From: a plasmid | DNA length: 64,000 nt | Reading direction: 5' to 3' (one strand) | Sequence record: NZ_CP033968.1 | In this document: piece by piece, positions 17,894 through 27,020 of the stretch | Position numbering within the stretch: the first letter of the stretch is position 1 | How the letters are laid out: each line of letters begins with the position of its first letter | The notes under the pieces: model-generated | The model's input: only the letters and a program-made list of their open reading frames with translations | Told to the model about the DNA's origin: nothing | Databases searched by the model: none | Program-made: the position numbers and the translations under genes

Positions 17894-19687
17894 ATGAGCA
17901 AGGCTACGCACGAACAACTTACCGCGATCAACAGCGCCGTCCGTCGCCTGGTGGTCCAGGCCTGCCCGGGTGCCGGCAAGACGTTCACCCTGAGGGAGTA
18001 CGCCCTGGTGCGTCCCTCGGAGCGCATCCTGTACCTCACCTACACGAAGTCTCTCCAGACTGAAGCCGAGGGCAAGTTCCCCCAGAACGTCGAATGCCGC
18101 ACCACTCACTCCCTTGCGTGGTCGTTCGGCCGTCGCTTCAAGGACGCCGGTAAGCTGGGCGACCTGCGCCCGAGCGACTTCGCCCGCGCCTTCGGCATCG
18201 AGATCGGCTTTGCCAGTATCCTGGTGACGACTGTCACGAGCTTTCTGTTCTCCGCGGATACCGACTTCGAGCCGCACCATGTGCCGGACACGATCGCCGA
18301 GGCAGATGTCGCTGAGACCCTGAAGTGGGGCCGGCTCGCTTGGGAGGCCATGCAGGATCTCGGCCGCAAGAACGTTCCCATGCCCCATGACGGCTATCTC
18401 AAGCTGTTCCAGCTTTCGAAGCCGGACCTGTCGCGTCGCTACGATCGCATCCTGTTCGACGAAGGCCAGGACGCCAACCCGGTCACGACCTCGATCGTTC
18501 TTGCCCAGAATTGCCCTGTGGTGATCGTCGGCGACCGGTATCAGGCGATCTTTGCCTTCCGGGGTGCCGTCAATGCCATGGACATGATCCAACCGGATGA
18601 AACGGTCTACCTCACCCAGAGCCATCGCTTCGGCCCTGGCATTGCCCGGCTGGCCACGATGCTCCTCTCCGCGTTCCGCGGCGAAGAGCGACCTGTGTAC
18701 AGTGCCTTCCCGGATCGGCCGACTGGCTACACGGTCGACGTTTCCAAGCCGTACGCGGTCATCGGCCGCACGAACGCCAAGCTGTTCGACAAGGCTGTCG
18801 CCATGCTGGGCAACAAGCGTCTGCACTTTGTCGGTGGGCTCAGTAATTACCCATTTGACAAGTTGGTGGACGTTTGGAACCTGATGAGCGGCCAGCCGGC
18901 CGCCGTCAAGGACCAGTTGCTCAAGACCTTTGGTTCGCTGGAGAAGCTCGAGGAGTACGCGACGGGCGTTGACGACAAGGAGATTCTCTCCCTGATCGGT
19001 GTGGTGAAGGAGTACCGCAGCGCGATCCCGTCGCTGGTCGAGAGGATCAAGGCGGAAGCAGTGGAACAAGCAGAGCACGCTGACGTTCTGCTCTCGACGG
19101 CCCATCGTGCGAAGGGTCTCGAATTCAGCCAGGTACTGCTGCTCGACGACTTTGAAGACTTCGTCACGGCCAATGGCGAGCTGCTGACTCTGGATACGCC
19201 CGAACTGGTCCAGGAACTGCACCTGCTGTTCGTGGCACTCACCCGAGCCGAGGACGTTATCGAGCTCAACGCCCAGATGCAGGACATCATCGCGATCCTA
19301 GGGGATCGCGTGCCTGAAGCTCAGCCAACCCCGGGCGAGAGGAGCACCGAACAAGTGGGGGAGCAGCTTGGCCAGATTCCGGGTTTTGATTACGTGCCGG
19401 TTGTGTATACGTGTGATGTAGCGGAAAATGTCACACGTGAACAAAAGGCACCGGTGGTCGCGCTGGCGCAAGTGCCGGTTGGTGCTGGCACTGACATTGA
19501 GAAATCGGTGGAGCTGGCGATCCTCCGGCAAGGCCTCCTCCACGTTCCGCGGCTGGCGCAAGAGGTTGGCGTGAGCCGCGAGGTGATGGCGGATGTCATC
19601 GTCGAGATGATCCGGAAGGGCCTGCTGGCCGAGTCGCTCTTCCTGGGTAGCCCGGAAGTAGTCAGCCGGCTGCGGGTGGCTGCGTGA
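17894..19687 (+). CDS. SF1 UvrD/Rep-like DNA helicase
   Basis: It carries Walker A GAGKT, a DEGQD box and QSHRFG, and is UvrD-like throughout. AAAGGGG lies 8 nt upstream of the ATG at 17894; the track ORF from 17681 overlaps the previous gene. Confidence 0.8.
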   Translation: MSKATHEQLTAINSAVRRLVVQACPGAGKTFTLREYALVRPSERILYLTYTKSLQTEAEGKFPQNVECRTTHSLAWSFGRRFKDAGKLGDLRPSDFARAFGIEIGFASILVTTVTSFLFSADTDFEPHHVPDTIAEADVAETLKWGRLAWEAMQDLGRKNVPMPHDGYLKLFQLSKPDLSRRYDRILFDEGQDANPVTTSIVLAQNCPVVIVGDRYQAIFAFRGAVNAMDMIQPDETVYLTQSHRFGPGIARLATMLLSAFRGEERPVYSAFPDRPTGYTVDVSKPYAVIGRTNAKLFDKAVAMLGNKRLHFVGGLSNYPFDKLVDVWNLMSGQPAAVKDQLLKTFGSLEKLEEYATGVDDKEILSLIGVVKEYRSAIPSLVERIKAEAVEQAEHADVLLSTAHRAKGLEFSQVLLLDDFEDFVTANGELLTLDTPELVQELHLLFVALTRAEDVIELNAQMQDIIAILGDRVPEAQPTPGERSTEQVGEQLGQIPGFDYVPVVYTCDVAENVTREQKAPVVALAQVPVGAGTDIEKSVELAILRQGLLHVPRLAQEVGVSREVMADVIVEMIRKGLLAESLFLGSPEVVSRLRVAA

Positions 19688-19808
19688 TGGTTTCCCAGGA
19701 GGGATGGCTGGTTGCGGCACCCGCGTGGCGTCGCCATAGCCGTCGGTGGCTCCTGAAGGTGGAACATCTCATGTCGTTGGATTGGTCAAGTTTCGGAGAA
19801 TTGGGACG

Positions 19809-20213
19809 ATGAAGAACAAGGTCCGAGCACTCACCGAGCAGCAGGCGAAAGAAGTCTGGGCGATTCTCGTGCGCTGCTGCGGCGCACGAGATGTCGTCAC
19901 GACGGCCGCAATCTTTGCGCGGCTCATGTCCGGTTGCACAGTCCCCATCCGATGGACGTTCGATAGCGCCAATGGCAGCGCGGTGTTCTGCGCTCCGGAG
20001 ATGCGTGTCATCCCACGGGTGTCCATTCCGACCGGCACCTGGGTGGCGATGCTCCTGCGGGCGAACGAAGAGCTCTCTTTCATCGTGCCCGCCGGCGCCG
20101 AGATCGACTGCCGCTCGCTGGCGGAGCTCGCTTCGTGTGACCGGACCCAGGCCGCGGCGTCACTGGACGCACAGGGGGCAGGGGCTCAAGCCACTGCGCG
20201 CGTCGCAATCTGA
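19809..20213 (+). CDS. hypothetical protein (134 aa)
   Basis: An internal ATG lies 18 nt after the GGATTGGTCAAG motif; the track start is a GTG at 19746. Confidence 0.45.
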   Translation: MKNKVRALTEQQAKEVWAILVRCCGARDVVTTAAIFARLMSGCTVPIRWTFDSANGSAVFCAPEMRVIPRVSIPTGTWVAMLLRANEELSFIVPAGAEIDCRSLAELASCDRTQAAASLDAQGAGAQATARVAI

Positions 20214-20243
20214 TTTTGACGTTTGGTCAAGAAACCAAGAATC

Positions 20244-20774
20244 ATGAGCTCCATTGAACTTCATACTCGCTGCGGCCTAAAGTGCGTTCGTCTCGGCGGC
20301 GGCTGGTACTTCAATCCGAAGGTCAGCACGCAGGGCTTCTGCTACGTCGGCGATTCGACGGCACCCGATACCGAGATCGGCCCCGGCAGTCGCTACTACG
20401 GTCCCGACGTATGGGAGTCCAAAGACGGACCCATGTACGGGCGTGAACTACTCAAGGTTCGCCCGGTGCACTGGGATGCATGGTTTGCCGGTCACCTCAA
20501 CGAAGCATATGGCGGCGATCGCCAGTACGACCGCATGAAGGCGTGGCCTGCGAAACTCGAGCTCACCGATGCCGGGCGCGACAAGGGGCTCCACGAACTG
20601 GATGGCCTGGTGGTGGGCAGCGAGGAAGAGTTCGTTGCTCGCCTGAAGTTCTTCGCCCAGGTGCCTGCCGTGGCAGTGCGCAAATCGGGTGTCACCGAAC
20701 AGAAGGGCGCTTTCCCGCGACCGAATCCAGTCGTGGCAGTCACGTCCGCTGCGTGGCTCGGCGCCCAGCTCTGA
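20244..20774 (+). CDS. hypothetical protein (176 aa)
   Basis: The ATG lies 14 nt after the GACGTTTGGTCAAG motif. The track start is a TTG inside the motif. Confidence 0.5.
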   Translation: MSSIELHTRCGLKCVRLGGGWYFNPKVSTQGFCYVGDSTAPDTEIGPGSRYYGPDVWESKDGPMYGRELLKVRPVHWDAWFAGHLNEAYGGDRQYDRMKAWPAKLELTDAGRDKGLHELDGLVVGSEEEFVARLKFFAQVPAVAVRKSGVTEQKGAFPRPNPVVAVTSAAWLGAQL

Positions 20775-20831
20775 CGATGGCACATCTGGATTCGACGTTT
20801 GGTCAAGTCGGAACGGGTTTGGGGGGATTCG

Positions 20832-21395
20832 ATGGAAAGGCTTGATCACGAGCCATCGAGCCGCACGGCGCGGAAGGCGCAACGGCTGCTGTCATTGGGT
20901 TTGCCAAGCGACGAGACAGCAGGGCGCCGAGGTGAATCCCGGAGCGCGGCCTGGCCTGTCGAGCCGGACCCCGCCGCGATCGACCTCGCAAAGGGGATTC
21001 TCGGTGCCCGATTCGAGGCGGACCACAAAGACCTGAATGCCATGCAGCGGGCCGCGCGAGATGCAGGGCTCGCGTTCGAGCTCACGCTCTTCGGCCCGGA
21101 TGCAGCGGATGCGAGGTGCGTTGTCACGGAGGTGGCGGCATGGAACCTGCGCATAGCGCCGGCGGCGCGAATCCATCGACGGATTGGCGCCTTGTCGCGG
21201 AAGGTGAGCAGATCGGTCGCCGCATCGGTTGCTCGTGTAGACCCGACCACCCTGGGCGGCCGTGGGGCAGCCGGCCGTCAGCGCGATCACAGCCGCGCTG
21301 CAGAAGGCCGCGCCATCCTGCGCGGCCAGATCGCCCGGCTTGAGGCCGAACTCACTCGGCGAGCAGCTGAGTCGTCAGCGGACGACCAGCGATGA
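20832..21395 (+). CDS. hypothetical protein (187 aa)
   Basis: The ATG follows GGGGGGA, 25 nt after the GACGTTTGGTCAAG motif. The track start is a TTG inside the motif. Confidence 0.5.
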   Translation: MERLDHEPSSRTARKAQRLLSLGLPSDETAGRRGESRSAAWPVEPDPAAIDLAKGILGARFEADHKDLNAMQRAARDAGLAFELTLFGPDAADARCVVTEVAAWNLRIAPAARIHRRIGALSRKVSRSVAASVARVDPTTLGGRGAAGRQRDHSRAAEGRAILRGQIARLEAELTRRAAESSADDQR

Positions 21396-21436
21396 TCGCC
21401 CGTATCCAATTCTGCGAGATCAACGGAGAACGAAGC

Positions 21437-22012
21437 ATGCCGCGCACCACCACCGAACGCCCACGCATCGACGCGCTGTACTTCGGCGAACGCCTGGAGC
21501 GCGTGCTGTCCGGCATCCACCGTTACACGCCGGCGGAGCTAGCCCGCGAGTTGACCCGCATGGCCATGGTCGCCGCTCCGGACATTGCCGTGAGGGAAAT
21601 CGAAGAGCGCCGCGCGTCGATCGGTAGCGCCGCAGCGGACGCTCCGCCGACAGAAGCTTGCAGCGAGGACGGCGTGGCCACGACCGAGGCCGCGTGTGCC
21701 GATCCGAACGGCACCGCGCTGCGCAAAGCTGTTCTTGCGGGTTTGGTCAAGCTGGGCCACGAAATCGACGATGACCGCGTCACCATCTACCGGGCAAAGG
21801 AGGATTCGGGCAACGCGCTTCACCAGGTAACCGAGGCGATCGTGAGTGCGGTGAGCGCCGTTCTCGCTCGAACGGATCTGGTATGCCGGCCGGCGTCCTA
21901 CGCAAGCCTGTTTGAAATGGACTTCGGCAATGCGGAGATCGTGGCGCTCTCCCGAGACGGGGAAAAGCAGGGCGCCGTACAGGCCGCGGCAGCCGTGGAG
22001 GCCGGACGATGA
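21437..22012 (+). CDS. hypothetical protein (191 aa)
   Basis: GGAGAA lies upstream of the internal ATG. Confidence 0.5.
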   Translation: MPRTTTERPRIDALYFGERLERVLSGIHRYTPAELARELTRMAMVAAPDIAVREIEERRASIGSAAADAPPTEACSEDGVATTEAACADPNGTALRKAVLAGLVKLGHEIDDDRVTIYRAKEDSGNALHQVTEAIVSAVSAVLARTDLVCRPASYASLFEMDFGNAEIVALSRDGEKQGAVQAAAAVEAGR

Positions 22013-22803
22013 ACCACAATCTTTCGCCGAAGCCAGTGCCGGCGATTGCCGTTCTGAGATGGGCACGACAGGCCGGGGACCTGATTCGTCGCGGCTTCAT
22101 CGCCTGGGTGGCGCTGATGGCTGTGTTCTGCATCGCCGCCAGCCTGGTCCGGACATCCGTCGTGCTGGCCACCGTGTTGTCTTCAATGGCGTTCCTCTTT
22201 GGCATTCGCGTCGCTGCACTTGTTGACGACACATCGGAACGCACGATCGGTGAGATGGTGGGCGTGGTAATGGGCGGGTTTGGCGTGACACTGCGCTACG
22301 CGGGTGTTGTCGTACTCACGGTGGCCGTACTGAACGCGCTGCCGGCGCTGCTGCTCGGCAACATCACGGCCGCCTTGCGTCCATTCCACAACCCGGGCCT
22401 GCAGTCGATCTGGAGCGCCACCGACACGTTCACCGCGATCAACGAAATGTTCGTTCTGCCGATCGCAGGAATGCTGATGTTCCTGTGCTGCTTCATCATG
22501 CCGCTCGTGGCGTCGACCTTCCAGTACCACCTGATCAGCTTCTTTGGCGTCAACTGGCGTCAGGCGTACCGAACCGGTCGAGCGGGGCTGCCGCGCATGA
22601 ACATCGGCGCCATCTTTGGCTTCTACCTGGTTGCCTTTGGACTTCTCGCCCTGACGGTCGCGTTCGCGCCGATCGCGGCGCCGGTAGTCTTCGCTTTCCT
22701 TTCCGCCTTCTCGTACGTCGCGTTCCGAGAGATCTATCTCGGAATCGGCACGAATCGGAAGGTCGCCCTGGCCGAGTTGCGTGCCGCGGCTTCCTTTACC
22801 TAA
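22009..22803 (+). CDS. polytopic membrane protein (264 aa)
   Basis: Its start overlaps the upstream stop (ATGA), and it has 6-7 hydrophobic segments. Confidence 0.6.
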   Translation: MNHNLSPKPVPAIAVLRWARQAGDLIRRGFIAWVALMAVFCIAASLVRTSVVLATVLSSMAFLFGIRVAALVDDTSERTIGEMVGVVMGGFGVTLRYAGVVVLTVAVLNALPALLLGNITAALRPFHNPGLQSIWSATDTFTAINEMFVLPIAGMLMFLCCFIMPLVASTFQYHLISFFGVNWRQAYRTGRAGLPRMNIGAIFGFYLVAFGLLALTVAFAPIAAPVVFAFLSAFSYVAFREIYLGIGTNRKVALAELRAAASFT

Positions 22804-22819
22804 CAAACAGGAGATCCTC

Positions 22820-23047
22820 ATGCATGCAGGACAAGTCAGTATGTCCAACGGAGTCACCATCGACGTGGTGCAACAGGAAACCGGTGCCGTTTTGCTCGAG
22901 TTCGGACGAGCAGGGAACTACACGGGTTTGCTGATGGCGGGCAATACCCGTGACGAGGTCCTCGCCAAGCTGGGTGAGCTCACTGCCTTGGTCGCCGCTC
23001 TGCCGCAGACGGCGCAGGCGGAAGAGCCCGCTCTGGCCGGTGCCTGA
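22820..23047 (+). CDS. hypothetical protein (75 aa)
   Basis: AGGAG lies upstream of the internal ATG. Confidence 0.4.
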   Translation: MHAGQVSMSNGVTIDVVQQETGAVLLEFGRAGNYTGLLMAGNTRDEVLAKLGELTALVAALPQTAQAEEPALAGA

Positions 23048-23100
23048 CGGCGGCCGGTCAACCACCAGAATCCAGAAGAGACCGCGCAAGGGAGCGGGCC

Positions 23101-23469
23101 ATGGCCAAAGACGATTTCATCCGCATCAAGTACACCCGCGAAGTCGACGGGCGCAAGAAGCGCAGCTCGGTTTCCGTGGACCCAGACCTCTTCGAGATCT
23201 TTGCGAAGATCCGCGGCACTGTTCCGGCAGCTCGCGCAGTGCTGCGTGAATGGGCGGTTGCGGTCGACGCGGACCGCCAGTGGCAGGATGGCCTGGGTGT
23301 CGATGGCGGCATCGGCCTTTCTCGCATGGTGCAGAGGCGGATGTTCTCCGAGATCAACACGTTCGTCGACAAGGGCATGGTGGTGATCCAGAAGGAGGAT
23401 GCGGATCTGCATCCGAACGCCCCGCGTCCGACAAGGAGCGCGGCCCGCCGGCGGAGTGTCTCAGCCTGA
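23101..23469 (+). CDS. hypothetical protein (122 aa)
   Basis: GGGAG lies upstream. Confidence 0.5.
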   Translation: MAKDDFIRIKYTREVDGRKKRSSVSVDPDLFEIFAKIRGTVPAARAVLREWAVAVDADRQWQDGLGVDGGIGLSRMVQRRMFSEINTFVDKGMVVIQKEDADLHPNAPRPTRSAARRRSVSA

Positions 23470-23484
23470 GTGAAGCTTATCGGC

Positions 23485-23513
23485 TTGACAACATTTACCA
23501 CTCACGTATTATA
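23485..23513 (+). promoter_or_regulatory. strong sigma70-like promoter for the long rightward operon
   Basis: TTGACA and TATTAT are separated by 17 bp. ACGTAT overlaps the -10, and ATACGTGTTATTA lies just downstream. Confidence 0.5.
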
Positions 23514-23549
23514 CATACGTGTTATTAATCTATTTTCAGGATTGCGGCG

Positions 23550-23777
23550 ATGAGTGCAGAGTCGGGACGTTCGAAGTTCCCCCAGTTCGTTACCAAGGAA
23601 GCTGAGCTTCGCCACAGGGAAGAAGCCTGCATCGCCAGGATCGAGAGCCTGCAACGCAAGCTTGCTGAAGGCAGTGTCATTCCGGTACCGGAGCTGCGCT
23701 CGGATCTGGCTACTGCGAAGCGGGAGTTGGCCGAGGTACGTGCGAGCATGGCGGAAGAGGGCATTGCGGCCCTGTAA
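23550..23777 (+). CDS. small coiled-coil protein (75 aa)
   Basis: It is the first ORF after the promoter. Confidence 0.45.
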   Translation: MSAESGRSKFPQFVTKEAELRHREEACIARIESLQRKLAEGSVIPVPELRSDLATAKRELAEVRASMAEEGIAAL

Positions 23778-23802
23778 TGCGAGACCTCGAGAGCAATCAA
23801 CC

Positions 23803-23931
23803 ATGAAAAAGTACGCCATGGAGTTCTATCGCCGAAACTCGGTTGTGCTGCTCGCGTTGGCGGTAACCGTGGCAAGCGTTGTATTGACTATCGGTGCTGC
23901 GCATCTGGTCCACACATTCATCCTGACGTGA
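23803..23931 (+). CDS. tiny membrane peptide (42 aa)
   Basis: It reads MKKYAMEFYRRNSVVLLALAVTVASVVLTIGAAHLVHTFILT. The overlapping longer track ORF in another frame is less plausible. Confidence 0.3.
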   Translation: MKKYAMEFYRRNSVVLLALAVTVASVVLTIGAAHLVHTFILT

Positions 23932-23932
23932 C

Positions 23933-24331
23933 ATGAAACCGCAAGAACTGGCAAAAAATCCGGCAGGACAAGACCAAATTGCACGAGCGCGGGAGCTTTG
24001 CGATGGATCTCTAGCATTGACCGCACGGTTGTCTGCGCTACTGAGGACGAAACCGACACGAGGGCAGATGCTCGACTTTCTCGAAGAGTTGAACAAGTCG
24101 GCAAAACAAACGGCGTACGAGGAAGGCATCAAGCGCATCTGTGAGGCGGTCGGCATCCTGGAGCCGTCTCCACAAGACAGGCTCATGGCTATGCAAGTAG
24201 GCATGCTTCGCGAGCAGAACGAGTTACTGCATCACATTGCAACCGGCGTTGGCGCGATTCCGAAAGACAAGCCACTTAGCTTCACCGGTGCGGTAGGCGC
24301 GGCGATTGTTGGCACCCTGCTCACACGCTGA
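23933..24331 (+). CDS. hypothetical protein (132 aa)
   Basis: It follows the preceding ORF's stop with no gap. Confidence 0.5.
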   Translation: MKPQELAKNPAGQDQIARARELCDGSLALTARLSALLRTKPTRGQMLDFLEELNKSAKQTAYEEGIKRICEAVGILEPSPQDRLMAMQVGMLREQNELLHHIATGVGAIPKDKPLSFTGAVGAAIVGTLLTR

Positions 24332-24516
24332 GCCGTGCTCCGTCTGGAATTCTCCTCTCCTTGATAGTGCTCGGCAGCCGCTGAAATGCATGCTGCTAAA
24401 CAAGGGAAAAGACGGAAGAGTAGGTCGCTGCAAGGTTGCGGTGCGTGGCCCGCGTGAGGCAAACCAACAACGACTGTAGTCCAAGTACACACAATCGACA
24501 CGTAAGGAATCGCGCA

Positions 24517-24723
24517 ATGGCAACGCACATCGACAACGACACTGCTGACCTCATCAATACTGTCGTGGACTTCGCGGCACAGTCGCGCAAGCAGTATGCG
24601 GACAGCAAGGAATGGACGACGACCGATTCGCATGGATGTGAAACCATCCGTGTTCCTGTGGCCCTGCTGAACCGCATTCGCGACCTCGGCATCGCCATCC
24701 AAAGCGCAACCTCTCACGCCTAA
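24517..24723 (+). CDS. hypothetical protein (68 aa)
   Basis: AAGGAA lies upstream of the internal ATG. Confidence 0.45.
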   Translation: MATHIDNDTADLINTVVDFAAQSRKQYADSKEWTTTDSHGCETIRVPVALLNRIRDLGIAIQSATSHA

Positions 24724-24741
24724 CCATCTGAGTGGCAGAAG

Positions 24742-25173
24742 ATGACCATCGAGATCAACATTTTTGGCGACCCGCCGACGCAGTCGGAGATTGACGGGAA
24801 CCTCCGTGCAGACAGGAGGAGCCTTACGACCGGAGAGAAGATAGCACTTGGCCCAGGCGTACTAGGCCTTGAGGTTCTGGTCGGTGCGGCCGTCGACGCA
24901 TTCAATGGTGAGTCCAACCGCATCACCGGGAAGAGCTCTCCGTGGGAAGCCGCTCCGGGCGCCATTGACTGGGACTGGTCCAGATCGATCTTTGCGGAAA
25001 GCTACGCAAACAAAGTGCGTGCCATGAAGCGCGATCTGGTGCGATGTGAAGTGACAGCATTGACGCGCCAGTTCAACCTGGAGCAAAAGGCGATCTCTGC
25101 TGTGAAGGAAGCCGGGGCGGTCGCGGGAAGCATTGCTGATACGATTCTATCCAGCGTCGTCGGCAAGAAGTGA
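24742..25173 (+). CDS. hypothetical protein (143 aa)
   Basis: An ORF within the co-directional operon. Confidence 0.5.
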   Translation: MTIEINIFGDPPTQSEIDGNLRADRRSLTTGEKIALGPGVLGLEVLVGAAVDAFNGESNRITGKSSPWEAAPGAIDWDWSRSIFAESYANKVRAMKRDLVRCEVTALTRQFNLEQKAISAVKEAGAVAGSIADTILSSVVGKK

Positions 25174-25223
25174 TCACCAGGGGCGGCGCTTAGGCTGAGG
25201 GTCTCACCGGAGGGTGCTCAAGC

Positions 25224-25520
25224 ATGGTCAATATCCTGGTTGCCGCTCTGGCAGCCTTTGGCGTTTCGGGCTGCATCGAACTTCCTGATTTCGGGGCGGA
25301 ATCCGCCGCACGCGAGGTGGCACAGGCCTATATCAGCGAGGTGACCGGCACCGACCCGGTCGCAATCAAGCAAAGTGTCCGGATCGCCGGTAGCAAGGCC
25401 TACGTTAGCGCCGAGCACGGCAACGGATTCAAAAGATGCGAGTTGGTTCTCAGACGGACCATCCAAGACAACATGACGGGCTGGCGGGTCGAGCATGCGA
25501 CTTGCGGCTACGCAACCTGA
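25224..25520 (+). CDS. hypothetical secreted protein (98 aa)
   Basis: GGAGGG lies upstream, and the N-terminus MVNILVAALAAFGVSGC is hydrophobic. Confidence 0.5.
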   Translation: MVNILVAALAAFGVSGCIELPDFGAESAAREVAQAYISEVTGTDPVAIKQSVRIAGSKAYVSAEHGNGFKRCELVLRRTIQDNMTGWRVEHATCGYAT

Positions 25521-25831
25521 AATGCCAAAGAGAGAAATAGACATTCAAGACGTGCTCAGGGAGCAATTTGAGTCCGGCGAAGCGGTCCTGGTACTGCAGG
25601 CGGAAATGCCTGATGCGGCCCTCTTGTTGGCGATCAGAACAGCCCTTTCGTATGGCGCCGCATTCAAGGTGGTGCCGGGGCAGCAGCTGCGACAGTTGAA
25701 CTGAGCGCCGGTGATCGCCGGGGCTCGCATACCAGGAGAGCAGTGAGAATAATGGAAATGGCACAACGCGAAGCGGCACCTCACCGTCCGATTAGTTTCG
25801 AGCTCGCTCAGCAACCCATGAAGCCGGCATC

Positions 25832-26140
25832 GTGATGACCGAGATCGAAAAGCGTGCGTGCGAGGCCTTGCACCAGGCATTCTGCCGGCTCCGCCACTTC
25901 TCCACGCGGGACCTGAACGAGTTGGGCCGAGAGCACTTGTTCATGGTCGCCGACGCGGCGCACAACATTCCGGATGCGTTGGCGGGGAACGCGTGCCATC
26001 GAGCGAATCTGGAGCGAGACGTTTTGGAGCTCGAGGCCCTGCTTGTGGAACCATACGAGATCGCTATCGACAGATACCTTGGTCGAGAGGAAACACGGGT
26101 GTCGTTCTTCGAGAGCCTTCGGTCCGCCATTGGATTCTGA
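25832..26140 (+). CDS. hypothetical protein (102 aa)
   Basis: An ORF with a weak RBS. Confidence 0.4.
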   Translation: MMTEIEKRACEALHQAFCRLRHFSTRDLNELGREHLFMVADAAHNIPDALAGNACHRANLERDVLELEALLVEPYEIAIDRYLGREETRVSFFESLRSAIGF

Positions 26141-26198
26141 CTAGCCGCACAGTCCCGATAAACTACCTAAGTCCGCTAACTGATTCCCCTTTCAACGT

Positions 26199-27020
26199 AT
26201 GCATACGTGTAATGTAGCGAATAGTGGTCAACAAGCGGCGCCGGTGCAGGGTCCAGTGGATTTGGATGCGACCAGGCGCGATGCCGCCAATCTTCCGCCC
26301 GAATGGCAAAGCGGGGTGATTGCCCTGGCGGAAGAACTGGCTGGGGCACGAGCCTTGATCGAGAACTCGAGCAAGGATGCGGTTGACGCTGCCGCGTATC
26401 GTCGAATCAATACCCCGGAAGTGGCGCACTTCGTGCACGCTTCGTACAACGAGGCGATGCACCAGCGATTGCGCTGGGGGCCTGCGCACGACATGGCCAA
26501 GTCCAATGAGGACTGGTATGCGCTCCTGGGTTACCTCGCCGGCAAGGCGCAACAGCCTGACATCCCGCTCGATAAGCGCCTCCACCATGTCATCGCGACG
26601 TCCGCGGCCTGCTTTAACTGGCACGGGGTCCTGACGGGCAGTTGGTCGGACCGTGAAGCCGCCGATGCCCTCGAGCGAGCGCGGACCCAACCCCGAGGCC
26701 CCATCCAACACTCCCTGAAATGTGACAGTGAAGTCTTCAACGCCGTTGCGGACGGGCGGAAGACGCATGAGATCCGGTTCGACGACCGTGATTACAGGCT
26801 AGGTGACGTACTGCTCCTCAAGGAGACTGTCTACTCCGCTGCGGAAATGCAGACCGGAGCACCGGTGCTCTTCACAGGGCAGGAGATCTGGCGAGTCGTC
26901 TCGCACGTGCTGACGGGATACGGCCTTTTCCCGGGTTGGGTTTGCCTCTCCCTTGAGTCCCCGAACACAAAGCGGGCCGCGCTGGGCCCGGACACCGCAG
27001 CGAATTCACCGGAGGCTTGA
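26199..27020 (+). CDS. ASCH (PUA-like) domain protein; the start is uncertain
   Basis: The C-terminus EVFNAVADGRKTHEIRFDDRDYRLGDVLLLKE resembles an ASCH domain. The first ATG lies inside the ACGTATGCATACGTG motif. Confidence 0.55.
   Translation: MHTCNVANSGQQAAPVQGPVDLDATRRDAANLPPEWQSGVIALAEELAGARALIENSSKDAVDAAAYRRINTPEVAHFVHASYNEAMHQRLRWGPAHDMAKSNEDWYALLGYLAGKAQQPDIPLDKRLHHVIATSAACFNWHGVLTGSWSDREAADALERARTQPRGPIQHSLKCDSEVFNAVADGRKTHEIRFDDRDYRLGDVLLLKETVYSAAEMQTGAPVLFTGQEIWRVVSHVLTGYGLFPGWVCLSLESPNTKRAALGPDTAANSPEA

Noticed and set aside
17894-19687. A Gabija-like system, since GajB is a UvrD-like helicase
   Set aside because: No OLD/TOPRIM ATPase (GajA) or other known partner lies adjacent. 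The upstream gene is only an 89-aa membrane protein.
19746-20831. GTG/TTG-initiated 5' extensions of the genes at 19809, 20244 and 20832, as in the track
   Set aside because: The TTG codons lie inside the conserved intergenic GTCAAG element. The downstream ATGs are better placed, and the extensions are more likely an artefact of allowing alternative start codons.
26199-26215. The ATG at 26199 as the definite start of the ASCH-domain gene
   Set aside because: That ATG sits inside the palindromic ACGTATGCATACGTG promoter/operator motif, so the true start may be a downstream GTG/TTG. I kept it only as an approximate boundary.
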